DNA from: Candidatus Latescibacterota bacterium
GTDB taxonomy: Bacteria > Latescibacterota > UBA2968
Reading direction: 5' to 3'
NCBI GenBank assembly: GCA_965198115.1
Contig: OZ240241.1
Coordinates: 5,216,001 to 5,280,000, forward strand
Length of the DNA stretch: 64,000 bases
Below the pieces are notes generated by a model. That model was not told the origin of the DNA, did not search any database, and saw only the letters and a program-made list of their open reading frames with translations. A program made the position numbers and the translations under genes. Positions within the stretch are counted from its first letter, which is position 1; every line of letters starts with the position of its first letter. Below are positions 1-10,405 of the stretch, in pieces.

Positions 1-1
1 G

Positions 2-1309
2 GATGACAGACTGGCGATTCTCGGCGGAAGCCCGGCGATCACGGACGACCACGACACCTTCGCGCAATGGCCCATCTACGGCGAGGAAGAGGTCGATGCC
101 GTGAGCGAACTCATCCGGCACCACCGGCTCTCCAGCGCGCACGAGGGGGGTCCGATCGTCGAACTCGAACGGACCATCGCCGAACGCTGGGGCGTCAAGC
201 ACGCGATCGCTCATTCCAGCGGAACGGCCGCGCTTCGATCCGCGCTCTTCGGCGTTGGCGTCGTGCGTGGGGACGAAGTCATTCTCCAATCGGCCGTCCA
301 TCCCTTCACCTGCATCCCGATCGTCGGCTGTGGCGCCATCCCCGTCTTCGCCGACATCGATCCCAATACCCTGACGCTGGATCCGGCCGACGTCGAGAAG
401 CGAATCACGCCTCGCACCAAGGCGATCATGGTCGTTCACTGGATGGGCATGCCGGCCGACATGGACGCGCTCCTCGACATTGCCCGTCGCCACGACGTCA
501 AAGTCGTCGAGGACAACTGCGTATCCCAGGGCACGCTCCATCGAGGTCGAATGTGCGGAACGTTGGGTGACACAGCCGGCATCAGCTTTCAAGATGGCAA
601 AATGACCTCCGGTGGAGAGGGCGGCATGTTCCTCACGAATGACGACGCCTGCTACCAGCGTGCTGCGACACTCGGCCACTACGAGCGCCTCAAGGACTTG
701 CCCGATGAGAAATACCGTGGCGTGTCCGGCTTCAGCTTTGGAGAGAAATACCGGATGGCCACCGTCACGGCAGCCATCGGCTGCGTACAGATGAAGCATT
801 GGGACAAACGTTTATCTACACGCAAGGAAAACGATCGGAAGCTGGGTGAGACGATTGCTGAAATCGCCGGGTTCGACGCACCGGATGTGCCCGACTACGT
901 CGAATCGCCTTTCGACCGCGGCTACATTCGGTTCAATCCAGAAGAGCTGGCCGGATTGGACCGCGAGGCAGTACTCGAAGCGCTGCAGGCGGAGGGCGCG
1001 AAGGTCACCTCGCCGGCACGGAAAGTCAGCCGGATCCCGCACACCGAACTGCCTCGCGCGCTGCACCTGCATCCCATCTTTACCAACAATGAGGCCAGCA
1101 CGGGCGACCTTCTGGCAGAGGTGCTCGGGCCCGCCGCGAACGAAATTGTCTCGGGCCCTGGAACCTTGCCCGTGACGGAGGACCCCGAACTCCCCTACGA
1201 CACCATCGCCCTCCCGTCGTTCACCCGTCCTGCGGAGGACCTGATTGTCCAGTATGGCCACGCGTTCCGGAAGATCGCCTTGCAAGCAGGTGATTTGGTG
1301 AATCGCTAG
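2..1309 (+). CDS. DegT/DnrJ/EryC1/StrS PLP-dependent aminotransferase, 5' end truncated by window edge
   Basis: Frame is open back to base 2 (DDRLAILGGSPA...WPIYG); motifs SSGTAAL, PVFADID, VVHWMG, SFQDGKMTSGGEGG (PLP Lys). Confidence 0.9.
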   Translation, partial: DDRLAILGGSPAITDDHDTFAQWPIYGEEEVDAVSELIRHHRLSSAHEGGPIVELERTIAERWGVKHAIAHSSGTAALRSALFGVGVVRGDEVILQSAVHPFTCIPIVGCGAIPVFADIDPNTLTLDPADVEKRITPRTKAIMVVHWMGMPADMDALLDIARRHDVKVVEDNCVSQGTLHRGRMCGTLGDTAGISFQDGKMTSGGEGGMFLTNDDACYQRAATLGHYERLKDLPDEKYRGVSGFSFGEKYRMATVTAAIGCVQMKHWDKRLSTRKENDRKLGETIAEIAGFDAPDVPDYVESPFDRGYIRFNPEELAGLDREAVLEALQAEGAKVTSPARKVSRIPHTELPRALHLHPIFTNNEASTGDLLAEVLGPAANEIVSGPGTLPVTEDPELPYDTIALPSFTRPAEDLIVQYGHAFRKIALQAGDLVNR

Positions 1310-1387
1310 TCGTTCAGAGGGAGTGAACCTCGTCGTTACTAACCTTTACGGCCAGAACATATGATCTCGATGCCGTCTCGGCTTTTC

Positions 1388-1417
1388 CTGAACTCTGAAC
1401 ACTGAACACCGAACCCC
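1388..1417. repeat. Heptamer tandem repeat (ctgaacA/accgaac type)
   Basis: ctgaactctgaacactgaacaccgaacccc; reverse-complement version at 20801-20832. Confidence 0.6.
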
Positions 1418-1439
1418 TTAGGCGCCGAAGGCGACGACA

Positions 1440-2297
1440 ATGCTACTCGATTTCCACACCCACATCACGACACGACGGCCCGCCGAATCCGTCCTGGCCC
1501 ACATTCAGGCCTACGGGGGTGAAAGGTCTGTCGTTCTCCCCATCGCGCGTGGTGACTGCGCAGTGCACGACGACAGCTGGCGCATCGAACTCGCGATCGA
1601 AGCCCACGATCGGCACGGCGTTGCGATCATCCCGTTCTGCCACGTCAACCCCCTCGCGCCGGACGCGCTCGACCAGATCTGTCGACATCACGAAACCGGT
1701 CTCTTCCGCGGATTCGGCGAGCACAAAGTCAGGATCGCGTGCGATCACCCGATGTCCGTCCAAATCTACAGACTGTGCGGCGAGCTGGACTGGCCCGTCC
1801 TGCTCCACTTCGACTACAACGACCATCACAACTACAACATCGAAGCGTTCGATTCCGTGCTCGAATCGTGTCCGGACGCGACCTTCGTCGGTCACGCCCA
1901 GTCGTGGTGGGCGAACGTGAGCGCCCGCGTCGTCCGAGACCCATCCGCATCCGACTTCGAAGAATATCCCAAGGGACCCGTCGAGAGGGGCGGACTCGTC
2001 GATCGCTGGCTAGAGACCTACCCGAACCTCCACACCGACCTCTCCGCGCGATCCGCCTACAATGCCCTCACGCGAGATCCCGAATTCGGAAGAGACTTCG
2101 TTCACCGACACTGTCACAAGCTGATCTGGGGATCCGACTGCCCCTGTCTCGACGGGAAGGGGAACCTTTACGATGGAGGGCACCGAGATTGCCTGTCAGC
2201 ACTGACCTTACCCGTTCTTCGCGACTACTGTTCGGACGATCAGTACGATGACATCACTTTCCGGAATGCCGAGCGTCTGCTCGGAATATCCGTTTAA
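1440..2297 (+). CDS. Amidohydrolase_2 family metal-dependent hydrolase
   Basis: DFHTH, GFGEHK, PVLLH, VGHA, WGSD, NAERLL. Confidence 0.88.
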   Translation: MLLDFHTHITTRRPAESVLAHIQAYGGERSVVLPIARGDCAVHDDSWRIELAIEAHDRHGVAIIPFCHVNPLAPDALDQICRHHETGLFRGFGEHKVRIACDHPMSVQIYRLCGELDWPVLLHFDYNDHHNYNIEAFDSVLESCPDATFVGHAQSWWANVSARVVRDPSASDFEEYPKGPVERGGLVDRWLETYPNLHTDLSARSAYNALTRDPEFGRDFVHRHCHKLIWGSDCPCLDGKGNLYDGGHRDCLSALTLPVLRDYCSDDQYDDITFRNAERLLGISV

Positions 2298-2309
2298 CGG
2301 AGTGTAGCT

Positions 2310-3953
2310 ATGAAGAAGCCCAGACTGATCTACTACCAGGACGCCCACCACTTTCACGCCAAGCGGCTCGACCCACCCTTGAGTCTCCACAAGCTCCGTT
2401 GGCCCATCGACGAACTGCTCGGAACGGGCGTCGATACGCTGGCCTTCGGGCTGGGCTACGGCGACGTCTACTTCCACAACAGCAAGCACGGCCGCGTCGT
2501 CGGTCAGAAGATGGAGGTGTGGAACAACCTGCCCGACTGGCGAATCATGCGGATGGTCAAAGATGCGCGGGAGATGGGCACCGACCAGCTCAGGGAGGTC
2601 GTCAACCGCGGGAGAGAGATGGGGCTGTCCGTCATCCCGAGCATGAAGGTCCAAAGCTGCGACCCGCCCAGGTCGGACCGTGCCGGGCTTTTGAAGTGGG
2701 AGCGCCACGAGGAAGTCTGCCTGGGTGAGATCGACGAGTGGCATCCGCGCTACGAGAACTGCTATGACTACGCTCATCCAGCCGTCCGGGAGGCCAAACT
2801 CGCTGTCATCAAGGAAGTGCTCGAAGACTACCAGGCCGACGGCATCGAGCTGGACTTCATGTTCGTGCCGCGTTTCTTCAAGAAGGACGAACAGGAATCC
2901 AACGCACCGATCATGGACGGATTCCTTGCTGAGGTCCGGAAAGTGGCGGACGAGATCGGCAAAGCGCAGAACCGGAAGGTCACCGTCGCCACCCGTGTGT
3001 TCGACCAGGAACGTTACAACCTGAGGCACGGGCTCGACGTCAAGACCTGGCTGAAGCAGAAGAGCGTGGACGTCGTCGTCGGCCAGATCACGGAGTTCCT
3101 GTTCGATACCGGTGTTGTCGACGTCCGGTGGCTCGGTGATGCGACAAACAAAGCCGATGCCGCCGCCTACGTACGTCCTTCGCGCCGGGACCGTGTCTAC
3201 GACGAGCGGACAGCCAGACCCAGCACGGAAATGTATCGCGCCCTCACCCAGACGATCTGCGATCAGGGATGCGCCGGCCTCTACCTGGGCAACCTTCCCT
3301 GGCCGTTCGGTCAGAGGGAGTACCAGATCCTTCGAGAGGTCGCGTATCCTGAAGCGCACGCCCGAAGCGACAAGATCTACTTTCTCCAGCCGCGCGAACC
3401 GGGCCTCGTATTCGAGGAGCTGCTCGACTACGCGAGCGGCTACCCCGTGCTGCCTCGCCAGCCGGGACACGAAGTCACCGATCCGCCCCCACGTCAGCTT
3501 CCGATTCCTCTGGAGGAGGGCAAGACGGCGAGCGTCAACATCGTCATCTCCGACGACCTGGACAGCGCTCGACAGGACGGCGAGATGCGCAAGCCTGAGC
3601 TCACCATTCGCTTTAATTCCTTCTGCGTCGACGACGAGATCGAGATCCGGTTCAACGCCCGCGTCCTGAATCCAGAAGATGCGGACGTGACGGACGAAAG
3701 AGCGCTAAGTATCGCCGACAAACCAGGGAAGACGACACCGATCGAGGCGCCCATGGGTATGTCCGCCCACTGGTTCCGCTACAAACTTAACATCGACTTG
3801 CTCCAGAAGGGTGTGAACACGCTCGAGGTGGAGATGAAACGCTTCGGAGACTTGGCGGATTTCGAGCGATCCATCAACGGTGTGGAAATACGTACGCGTT
3901 ACAAGGACTTCGAGAGACCCCAGGGGCTCGAAGTGTCAACCGTCGAGCCGTAA
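2310..3953 (+). CDS. GHL10/DUF187-like glycoside-hydrolase-like TIM barrel with C-terminal beta domain
   Basis: YDYAHPAVRE...EVLEDYQADGIELDF motif; paralog at 39121; RBS ggag; no signal peptide. Confidence 0.72.
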   Translation: MKKPRLIYYQDAHHFHAKRLDPPLSLHKLRWPIDELLGTGVDTLAFGLGYGDVYFHNSKHGRVVGQKMEVWNNLPDWRIMRMVKDAREMGTDQLREVVNRGREMGLSVIPSMKVQSCDPPRSDRAGLLKWERHEEVCLGEIDEWHPRYENCYDYAHPAVREAKLAVIKEVLEDYQADGIELDFMFVPRFFKKDEQESNAPIMDGFLAEVRKVADEIGKAQNRKVTVATRVFDQERYNLRHGLDVKTWLKQKSVDVVVGQITEFLFDTGVVDVRWLGDATNKADAAAYVRPSRRDRVYDERTARPSTEMYRALTQTICDQGCAGLYLGNLPWPFGQREYQILREVAYPEAHARSDKIYFLQPREPGLVFEELLDYASGYPVLPRQPGHEVTDPPPRQLPIPLEEGKTASVNIVISDDLDSARQDGEMRKPELTIRFNSFCVDDEIEIRFNARVLNPEDADVTDERALSIADKPGKTTPIEAPMGMSAHWFRYKLNIDLLQKGVNTLEVEMKRFGDLADFERSINGVEIRTRYKDFERPQGLEVSTVEP

Positions 3954-3990
3954 AGAAGCGGTTCCCTTATTAGCATGGCTCCTCAGCGGC

Positions 3991-4066
3991 GTCAGTTCGA
4001 GCGCGAGTCGAGAACACGCCCATCAAGATGAGCGAATAGGGACTTCTCGACTCCGCTCGAAGTGAC
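3991..4066. repeat. REP-like paired hairpin element, family A long form
   Basis: gtcagttcgagcgcgagtcgagaac...cttctcgactccgctcgaagtgac; near-identical copy at 29531-29604. Confidence 0.85.
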
Positions 4067-4201
4067 CCTGCGCGGTTTCATTCGACAGTGCAACTTACGG
4101 GACAAGCCACTCCGGATTCCACGAAGACCAGGCCCCCGTGCACCACTTCGCGATCATCTGTCCTCGTACTCTGCGCGAGGACAACACATCGAGTGCCAAT
4201 C

Positions 4202-5335
4202 ATGCGTGTCGTCGAATCAGGCCTCGTCTACGACGGCCACACTGCCCCAACCCATCAGCGTTCGTGCGCGTTCACGACTGTCTGTCTTCTCCAGAATGAG
4301 ACGGTCCTCGTCTCCGGACGTTGGGGCAGCGATCGGGATTCACCCGACGGTCACGCCTGCATCTTCGCGACCAGCGATCGCGGGACGACCTGGGAAAAGC
4401 GATACGACAGCCACGGTCTCAACGACTGGGACGGCACCGCAGGCGAGAACAAGGGCCTGACGAGCGTCGAGTTGGAGCCCGGTCGTCTTCACGCGACCTC
4501 ACTCTGGGTCGACCGCTCCCATCCGGAACGTCCATTCATCCATCCGGAAACACAGGGCCTGCTGCCGATGCGCATCATGCATCGGACCTCCGCCGACGAG
4601 GGGCGCACCTGGGGCTCACCCCAGCGAATGGATACGTCGCCACACGTGGCCACCTCACCCTGTTCTTCGGCACTGCTTCGGCTCCCGAACAACATCCTCG
4701 CCCAACCCTACGAACAGTGGAAAGAGTACGACGATGCTTCCCCCGGCCGACCCGCGGCTCGGCTTCGATTCTCAGACGACGACGGCCAGACCTGGCCCGA
4801 ATTCGTGACCGTTGCCCAGCATCCCGACAACAGCCTTGCCTACTGGGATCAGCGTCTGGCGATTCACCCGGGCACGAAACAGCTGGTCGCCACGTTCTGG
4901 ACCCACGACTTCAACGCCGGTGTCGATATCGACATCCACATCGCCTGGGGCTCTCCCGACGGACACGATTGGTCAATCCCACAGCCCACAGGGTTGCCGG
5001 GCCAACATTGTCAGCCGCTGGCTCTCGGCGACGACCGATTGCTCGCAGCCTACACCCAACGTCGCGACCCACCGGGAATCGCTCTCTCCATCAGTAACAA
5101 CTTCGGCCGAACGTGGGACCGATCGCAGGACCTGATGGTCTACGACAGCACTGAAGGCACGGAATCGGGAGCCGCATCATCCCGCTCCCAGGCCGAGCTG
5201 TGGGGCGACATGGAGCGATGGCGGTTCGGACATCCACGCGCGGTTCTTCTGCCGAATGGAGAGGTGTTTGTCGTCTACTACGCGGGAGATGACGAAGTCA
5301 AGAGTGCGAGGTGGGCGAGAGTGGAGGTGAGTTAG
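4202..5335 (+). CDS. Sialidase-like/BNR Asp-box beta-propeller protein
   Basis: Asp-boxes SDRGTTW, SADEGRTW, SDDDGQTW, SPDGHDW, SNNFGRTW; likely start ATG 4202. Confidence 0.82.
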   Translation: MRVVESGLVYDGHTAPTHQRSCAFTTVCLLQNETVLVSGRWGSDRDSPDGHACIFATSDRGTTWEKRYDSHGLNDWDGTAGENKGLTSVELEPGRLHATSLWVDRSHPERPFIHPETQGLLPMRIMHRTSADEGRTWGSPQRMDTSPHVATSPCSSALLRLPNNILAQPYEQWKEYDDASPGRPAARLRFSDDDGQTWPEFVTVAQHPDNSLAYWDQRLAIHPGTKQLVATFWTHDFNAGVDIDIHIAWGSPDGHDWSIPQPTGLPGQHCQPLALGDDRLLAAYTQRRDPPGIALSISNNFGRTWDRSQDLMVYDSTEGTESGAASSRSQAELWGDMERWRFGHPRAVLLPNGEVFVVYYAGDDEVKSARWARVEVS

Positions 5336-5348
5336 AGTGACCGTACTA

Positions 5349-5441
5349 ACGCCTTCGTGCAAAGCACGAAGGCGAGCAGAAACGCGTTTCATAATCAAAA
5401 TAAAGCGTTACACTCATCCCTGTCCTGAGCCTGTCGAAGGG
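5349..5441. repeat. Intergenic hairpins including family A short unit (cctgagcctgtcgaaggg)
   Basis: cgccttcgtgcaaagcacgaaggcg palindrome; short unit recurs at 16951, 36481, 55341, 63655, 63728. Confidence 0.7.
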
Positions 5442-5484
5442 CTATGCACAGGGACGCTTTAGAGTTCGACTGAAAGGGGCAACC

Positions 5485-6459
5485 ATGTATATCCACGATG
5501 TGATTGGATGGGAGCAGTTCAACGACGAGCTGCTCAGCTTTACCAAAGCCATCAGTGTGGACGTGATTCAGCTGAACCTCCGCACGGGTGGAAAGAACGA
5601 GGCCGAACAGATCGTTCGTGAAGGACGCGACAGCACCGAGCTCTTCGAGAAAGCTCGGGAAAAGGTCGAATCCCACGGCCTGAAGCTGCACACGGTTTTC
5701 ATGTCCGCCTGGGATGAAATCACCCTGGCCAAACCTGACCGGGATGAAAAGCTCGACATCTGGTGCCGCATGACCGAGTGCCTCGGAAAGGCGGGCGTCC
5801 CGACGCTCGGCTGGAACTTTAAACCCAGAGGCAACTTCCGGACGACCGCGGACATCGGTCGGGGCGGCGTACGATACAGCACGTTCGACTATGCCGAATT
5901 CGAAAAAAACCGACCAGAGCAGCACGATCCCCCGGTCTCCGAAGACGAGATGTGGAACAACATGGAAGCCTTTCTCAAGGTGGCCGTGCCTGCGGCTGAA
6001 AAAGCCGGCGTGCGGATGGGCCTCCACCCGGACGATCCTCCCATCCAGGAAGCGTTGGGCGGCGTGGCGCAAATTTGCTCGACCGTCGAACAGTTTCGCC
6101 GAATCTTCGCGACCGTCCCCAGCGACCACCACGGCATGCTCTTCTGCCAGGGTTGTATGACCGAACTCGTCGGACCGGAACGCATTTACGATGTCATCGC
6201 CGAGATGGCTTCGAACAACAAGATCGAATGGGTCCACTTTCGGAATGTGAGGGGCCAGCTTCCACGATTTGTAGAAACCTTCCACGACGAGGGGCAGGTG
6301 GACATGCACAAAGCCATGCGTGTCTACCGCGACAACGGGTTCAACGGCCCCTTCGGAATGGACCACACACCCAGCTTCCCGCAGGAGCACGCAGGATGGG
6401 CTGGGAAGGCCTATGCCAACGGCTACATCCGGGCGCTGATCGAAGAGGTCTACGGGTAG
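5485..6459 (+). CDS. uxuA: Mannonate dehydratase UxuA family
   Basis: VPAAEKAGVRMGLHPDDPP, FCQG, VHFRNV, ETFHDEG, DHTP, AYANGYIRAL. Confidence 0.85.
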   Translation: MYIHDVIGWEQFNDELLSFTKAISVDVIQLNLRTGGKNEAEQIVREGRDSTELFEKAREKVESHGLKLHTVFMSAWDEITLAKPDRDEKLDIWCRMTECLGKAGVPTLGWNFKPRGNFRTTADIGRGGVRYSTFDYAEFEKNRPEQHDPPVSEDEMWNNMEAFLKVAVPAAEKAGVRMGLHPDDPPIQEALGGVAQICSTVEQFRRIFATVPSDHHGMLFCQGCMTELVGPERIYDVIAEMASNNKIEWVHFRNVRGQLPRFVETFHDEGQVDMHKAMRVYRDNGFNGPFGMDHTPSFPQEHAGWAGKAYANGYIRALIEEVYG

Positions 6460-6465
6460 GCCTCG

Positions 6466-7989
6466 ATGATCGCCATCGACTTCGTCACCAGCTTCAGTCC
6501 AAACCCGATCCCGGAACCGGACGCTTCTCTGGAAGAGCTCCTCGAGCAGCTCGACGCCCAGAAAGTCACGCTCGCGCTCGCCACTTCGCACCGCGGTTTG
6601 ATCAATCAGGTTAACAGTGAGGCGATCGCGGAAACTCTCGAAGTCGTGGCAAAACATCGGCGTCTGCTACCCGTGGGCACGCTCGACCCTCGACGTTACG
6701 TGGGCTGGCGCGACGACCTCCAGAGCTGCGTCGACGGTGGATGCGTCGCCATTCGCTTTTCCCCCGGCGCGCAGAACTGGTCGCCCGACGGCGCACTCTT
6801 CGCAGACATGATCGAGGCGATCGGTGTCCACGAGATCCCGGTCATCGTCGACTTCAAAGACACCCCTCCAGAGGCGTTTTCGTGGATCCAGCAAATCGCC
6901 GACGCGACGGATCGTCACAGTGTCCCCGTCGTCTTCAGCGAGCTCGCCTACAACTGGCTCGGCGAGCTCTTCACCGTCATGCGCCAGCACGACAACGTCT
7001 ACGCCGGAATCCGCAAACTATCCCTTGCCGGCACTTTGGAGGTCATCGTATCGGAGAACCTGGCCGACCGATTCGTCTTTGCGTCCAGCGCCCCGAAACA
7101 TTCGATCCGGGCACTGCGTTACGAGATTCAGATGGCCGAGATCCCGGACAAGGCCAAACGGATGATCCTGGCAGACAACGCGCTGCGCCTGCTCAAGCTC
7201 GACGCCGATCACCTACCTGCCTCACCGAGATCTATCGATCCGGAACCCGAACTACCCGAGAAACCCATCATCGACGTCCACGCCCACGTCTCTGGGTTTC
7301 CACTGCCCCAACCCGACGACGTTTTCGACCACAGCACAGTCCCGGAGATGACGAGGCGGTGCAACATCGAGATCACGATCGTCTCGTCCTACCACGCCAT
7401 CAACTACGACATGCGCGACGGCAATGCGCAGACCCAGCGCTTTCTCGAGCGACACGCCAACCTGCGTGGCTACGTCGTCGGAGACGCCCGCGACATCGAA
7501 GGCTCCGTTGAACAAATGAAGCGCTACTTTCAGGATCCGAAATTCGTTGGCGTGAAGCTTTACTGTCCATTCGCCGGTCCTATGGCTACCCTGAGGACGC
7601 AGAAATTGCTTGACGAGGTCGACCGTTTCGGACGCCCTGTAAAGATCCATATGGACAGCGCACCCTATGCGGGTGTGCGTCAGGCGGCCGAGCGAAATCC
7701 GAATCTCATCATCATCAAGGCCCACGGGGACGACGTGGACGGCGCACTTCAGGTAGAGGGTCTGCCCAACGTCTACTTCGAATTCGCCAGCAGTAATATC
7801 GGCCCGGGCAAAATTCGCCGATCGACGGACATCCTAGGACCGGAACGCATCCTCTTCGGTTCCGACCAGCAGATCCTGGCGCCCTGGTATCAGCTCGGTG
7901 CCTATCTCGATGCCATTGTGGACGAACAGGAGGCCGACTTGATCTTTCGCAAGAACCCCCGTCGCATCTTCAATCTGGGCATTGATTGA
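6466..7989 (+). CDS. Tandem two-domain amidohydrolase; N-terminal domain degenerate
   Basis: C-terminal domain has IDVHAH, GVKLY, KIH, KAHG, LFGSD; N-terminal domain has IDFVT and VFASS at the equivalent positions. Confidence 0.82.
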   Translation: MIAIDFVTSFSPNPIPEPDASLEELLEQLDAQKVTLALATSHRGLINQVNSEAIAETLEVVAKHRRLLPVGTLDPRRYVGWRDDLQSCVDGGCVAIRFSPGAQNWSPDGALFADMIEAIGVHEIPVIVDFKDTPPEAFSWIQQIADATDRHSVPVVFSELAYNWLGELFTVMRQHDNVYAGIRKLSLAGTLEVIVSENLADRFVFASSAPKHSIRALRYEIQMAEIPDKAKRMILADNALRLLKLDADHLPASPRSIDPEPELPEKPIIDVHAHVSGFPLPQPDDVFDHSTVPEMTRRCNIEITIVSSYHAINYDMRDGNAQTQRFLERHANLRGYVVGDARDIEGSVEQMKRYFQDPKFVGVKLYCPFAGPMATLRTQKLLDEVDRFGRPVKIHMDSAPYAGVRQAAERNPNLIIIKAHGDDVDGALQVEGLPNVYFEFASSNIGPGKIRRSTDILGPERILFGSDQQILAPWYQLGAYLDAIVDEQEADLIFRKNPRRIFNLGID

Positions 7990-7997
7990 GGTCTTCA

Positions 7998-9095
7998 GTG
8001 GAATCGAAAAGCCCGCTCAAGACGGCCATGATCGGCCTGCGTCACGGTCATATGGGAAAGTTCGGTGCCTCCAACGGCTACATCGCCACATTCGAACACC
8101 TGGAGGGCGTGGAAGTCGTCGCCTATTGCGAGGATACCGACACGGCCCTGCTGGAACCGGTGAGCGAATACCACCCGAAGGCAACAACCTACACGAGCGT
8201 CGACGACCTGATCAACGAGGAGGACTTCGACCTGGCGGTCGTCGTCCTCCCGTCTCGCGAGATTCCGATCGCCGGACTGAAACTCGCCGAAGCCGGCAAG
8301 CACCTGTACCTGGAGAAGCAGTTCGCCCGTCGTTCCGAGGACCTGGTGGAATTGACCCGGGCGGTGCGCAGGAACAACGTCAAGGCCATGCCGGGCTACC
8401 CGCACCGATTCAATCCGGGTAGTCATGAGCTCAAACGGCTCATCGACGGGGGTGTGTTCGGCCGGCCGCTGGACATCGAAGTTCGATTGGTAACCGGTCA
8501 GGTGCGGCCCGGCATACGCGATCCAAAGAGCTTCCTCTACACAAAGGACGATGAAGGCGGCGGCATCCTCCACATGCTGGGAGGGCATTACCTCGAAGTG
8601 ATGCGCTTTCTCATGGGATGTGAGATAAAATCTGTCCAAGCCATGACCGGCCGTCCTGTCGGTCACATCGAAGCGCCTCTGGAGGATATCGCCATCGTAG
8701 CGGCCGAATACGAAAACGGAGCCTACGGCAGCTTGCACGCCGGCTATCTTCAGGCCGTCAAGGGACCTTACGACAATACCCTTGTGTATCGAGGTTTGGA
8801 CGGTGAGGCCGACTGGACGCCCCTCGGCGGTCCCACGATGAAGATCAAGAGCAGAACAGAAGAATGGCTGGGCGCACCTGAACGCACGATCCACGCGGAC
8901 CTGCTACCGGGTCCGCCTGGCTACGCCAGCTCGGCGTGGATGTTCAACTGGCTACAGGATTTCGTCGATCGCATTCGGGAAAACCGGGAACCGGCCCTGA
9001 CCATCGAAGACGCACTGCGTGTGATGCAATCCATCGATGCTGCCTATGAGTCCGCCCGCACTGGAAGCAGAGTTGAAGTCGACTACGCATCGTGA
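7998..9095 (+). CDS. Gfo/Idh/MocA oxidoreductase
   Basis: AMIGLRHGH, AEAGKHLYLEKQ, GGGILHMLGGHYLE, AAYESARTG; start GTG 7998 or TTG 7986. Confidence 0.9.
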   Translation: MESKSPLKTAMIGLRHGHMGKFGASNGYIATFEHLEGVEVVAYCEDTDTALLEPVSEYHPKATTYTSVDDLINEEDFDLAVVVLPSREIPIAGLKLAEAGKHLYLEKQFARRSEDLVELTRAVRRNNVKAMPGYPHRFNPGSHELKRLIDGGVFGRPLDIEVRLVTGQVRPGIRDPKSFLYTKDDEGGGILHMLGGHYLEVMRFLMGCEIKSVQAMTGRPVGHIEAPLEDIAIVAAEYENGAYGSLHAGYLQAVKGPYDNTLVYRGLDGEADWTPLGGPTMKIKSRTEEWLGAPERTIHADLLPGPPGYASSAWMFNWLQDFVDRIRENREPALTIEDALRVMQSIDAAYESARTGSRVEVDYAS

Positions 9096-9115
9096 GCCAA
9101 CGGCGTGAGGAGAAA

Positions 9116-10405
9116 ATGACTGACCGACTGGCACTCCACGGCGGATCCCCCGTCCGCACAGAACCCTTCGAGGGCCCACGTCACGACTACGGTGATGCCG
9201 ACGTCCAAGCCGTCGCCGAAGTGATCCACTCAGAGTTCAAGACGACGAAACGCGAAGCCTTCGAGGAAGCGTTCGCCGCACGACACGACGTCAAATACGC
9301 CATCAGCGTCAACTCGGGCACCTCGGCCATGCACACGTGCATCGGCGCGATCAATCCTGACCCGGGAGACGAAATCATCGTCACACCGTGGACTTCGGGG
9401 GGCAGCCTCATCGGTGCGCTTCTGCACAACTGTGTCCCCGTCTTCGCGGACATCGACAACACCTATACACTCGACCCGGCCGATGTGGAAGCCAAGATCA
9501 CCTCACGCACCCGCGCCATTATCGCCGTCCACCTGTTCGGCAACCCCTGCGAGATGAATGCGCTGAGAGAGATCGCCGAGCGACACGAGCTCTACCTGAT
9601 CGAAGACTGTGCACAGGCCCATTTTGCCGAATTCCAGGGTCAACGGGTGGGCACGATCGGAGACATCGCCGGATTCAGCTTCGGTGGCAAGCACCTCGCC
9701 GCAGGCGGGGGTGGGATGGTCCTCACCAACAACGAACAGCTCTGGGGGCGCGGCATCCTCTTCAGAGATGCGGCACTTCCTCGAGACAAGGGTCCACTTG
9801 AAGGCCGTCCCTACGCGAACTATTTCCTCGCCCCCAACTATAAAATGAACGAGCTGACGGCTGCCGTGCTGCTCTCCCAGCTCGACAAGTTGGATGGGTA
9901 CGTCGAAAGGAAGATCCAGGCGGCTAACGACATCAACAAAGGCGTCAGCGAACTGGATGTCATCACGCCGCAGTTCGTCCGGCCAGGTGATCGCAACACC
10001 CATTGGGTGCTCGGCATGACCATCGACACAGAGCGGCTGGGGTGTTCGGCCTACGAGTTCGCCGACGCGGTCGCTGCGGAGGGCATCCCGTTTTCCGGGC
10101 CCTACATCGGGACGGGACGCCAGGGCCCCCTCTACCGCAATCCGTTCCTCGCCCAGCCTGACACCTATGGCGACAGCTCATTCCCCTTCGACTACGGTCG
10201 CGAAACACCCGTGTCCTATGAGGAAGTCCGATGCCCGTACGGAGAGGCGTTGATCGGGAGAGGCATCGGCCTTGGTATGCGACCCAGCTTTACTGAACGG
10301 GACATCGAAGACGTAATCAAGGCGCTGCGAAAGGTGGCCCAACATTATCTCTCGGCGTCAAAGGCGGGTAGTTCATCCCTCCTGACGAAGAGCGACCGAC
10401 CATGA
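9116..10405 (+). CDS. DegT/DnrJ/EryC1/StrS aminotransferase
   Basis: DRLALHGGSPVR, NSGTSAMH, PVFADID, VHLFGNP, IEDCAQAH, FSFGGKH. Confidence 0.92.
   Translation: MTDRLALHGGSPVRTEPFEGPRHDYGDADVQAVAEVIHSEFKTTKREAFEEAFAARHDVKYAISVNSGTSAMHTCIGAINPDPGDEIIVTPWTSGGSLIGALLHNCVPVFADIDNTYTLDPADVEAKITSRTRAIIAVHLFGNPCEMNALREIAERHELYLIEDCAQAHFAEFQGQRVGTIGDIAGFSFGGKHLAAGGGGMVLTNNEQLWGRGILFRDAALPRDKGPLEGRPYANYFLAPNYKMNELTAAVLLSQLDKLDGYVERKIQAANDINKGVSELDVITPQFVRPGDRNTHWVLGMTIDTERLGCSAYEFADAVAAEGIPFSGPYIGTGRQGPLYRNPFLAQPDTYGDSSFPFDYGRETPVSYEEVRCPYGEALIGRGIGLGMRPSFTERDIEDVIKALRKVAQHYLSASKAGSSSLLTKSDRP

Noticed and set aside
2-10405. O-antigen or capsule locus suggested by the DegT genes
   Set aside because: No glycosyltransferase, flippase, polymerase or nucleotidyltransferase in the window.
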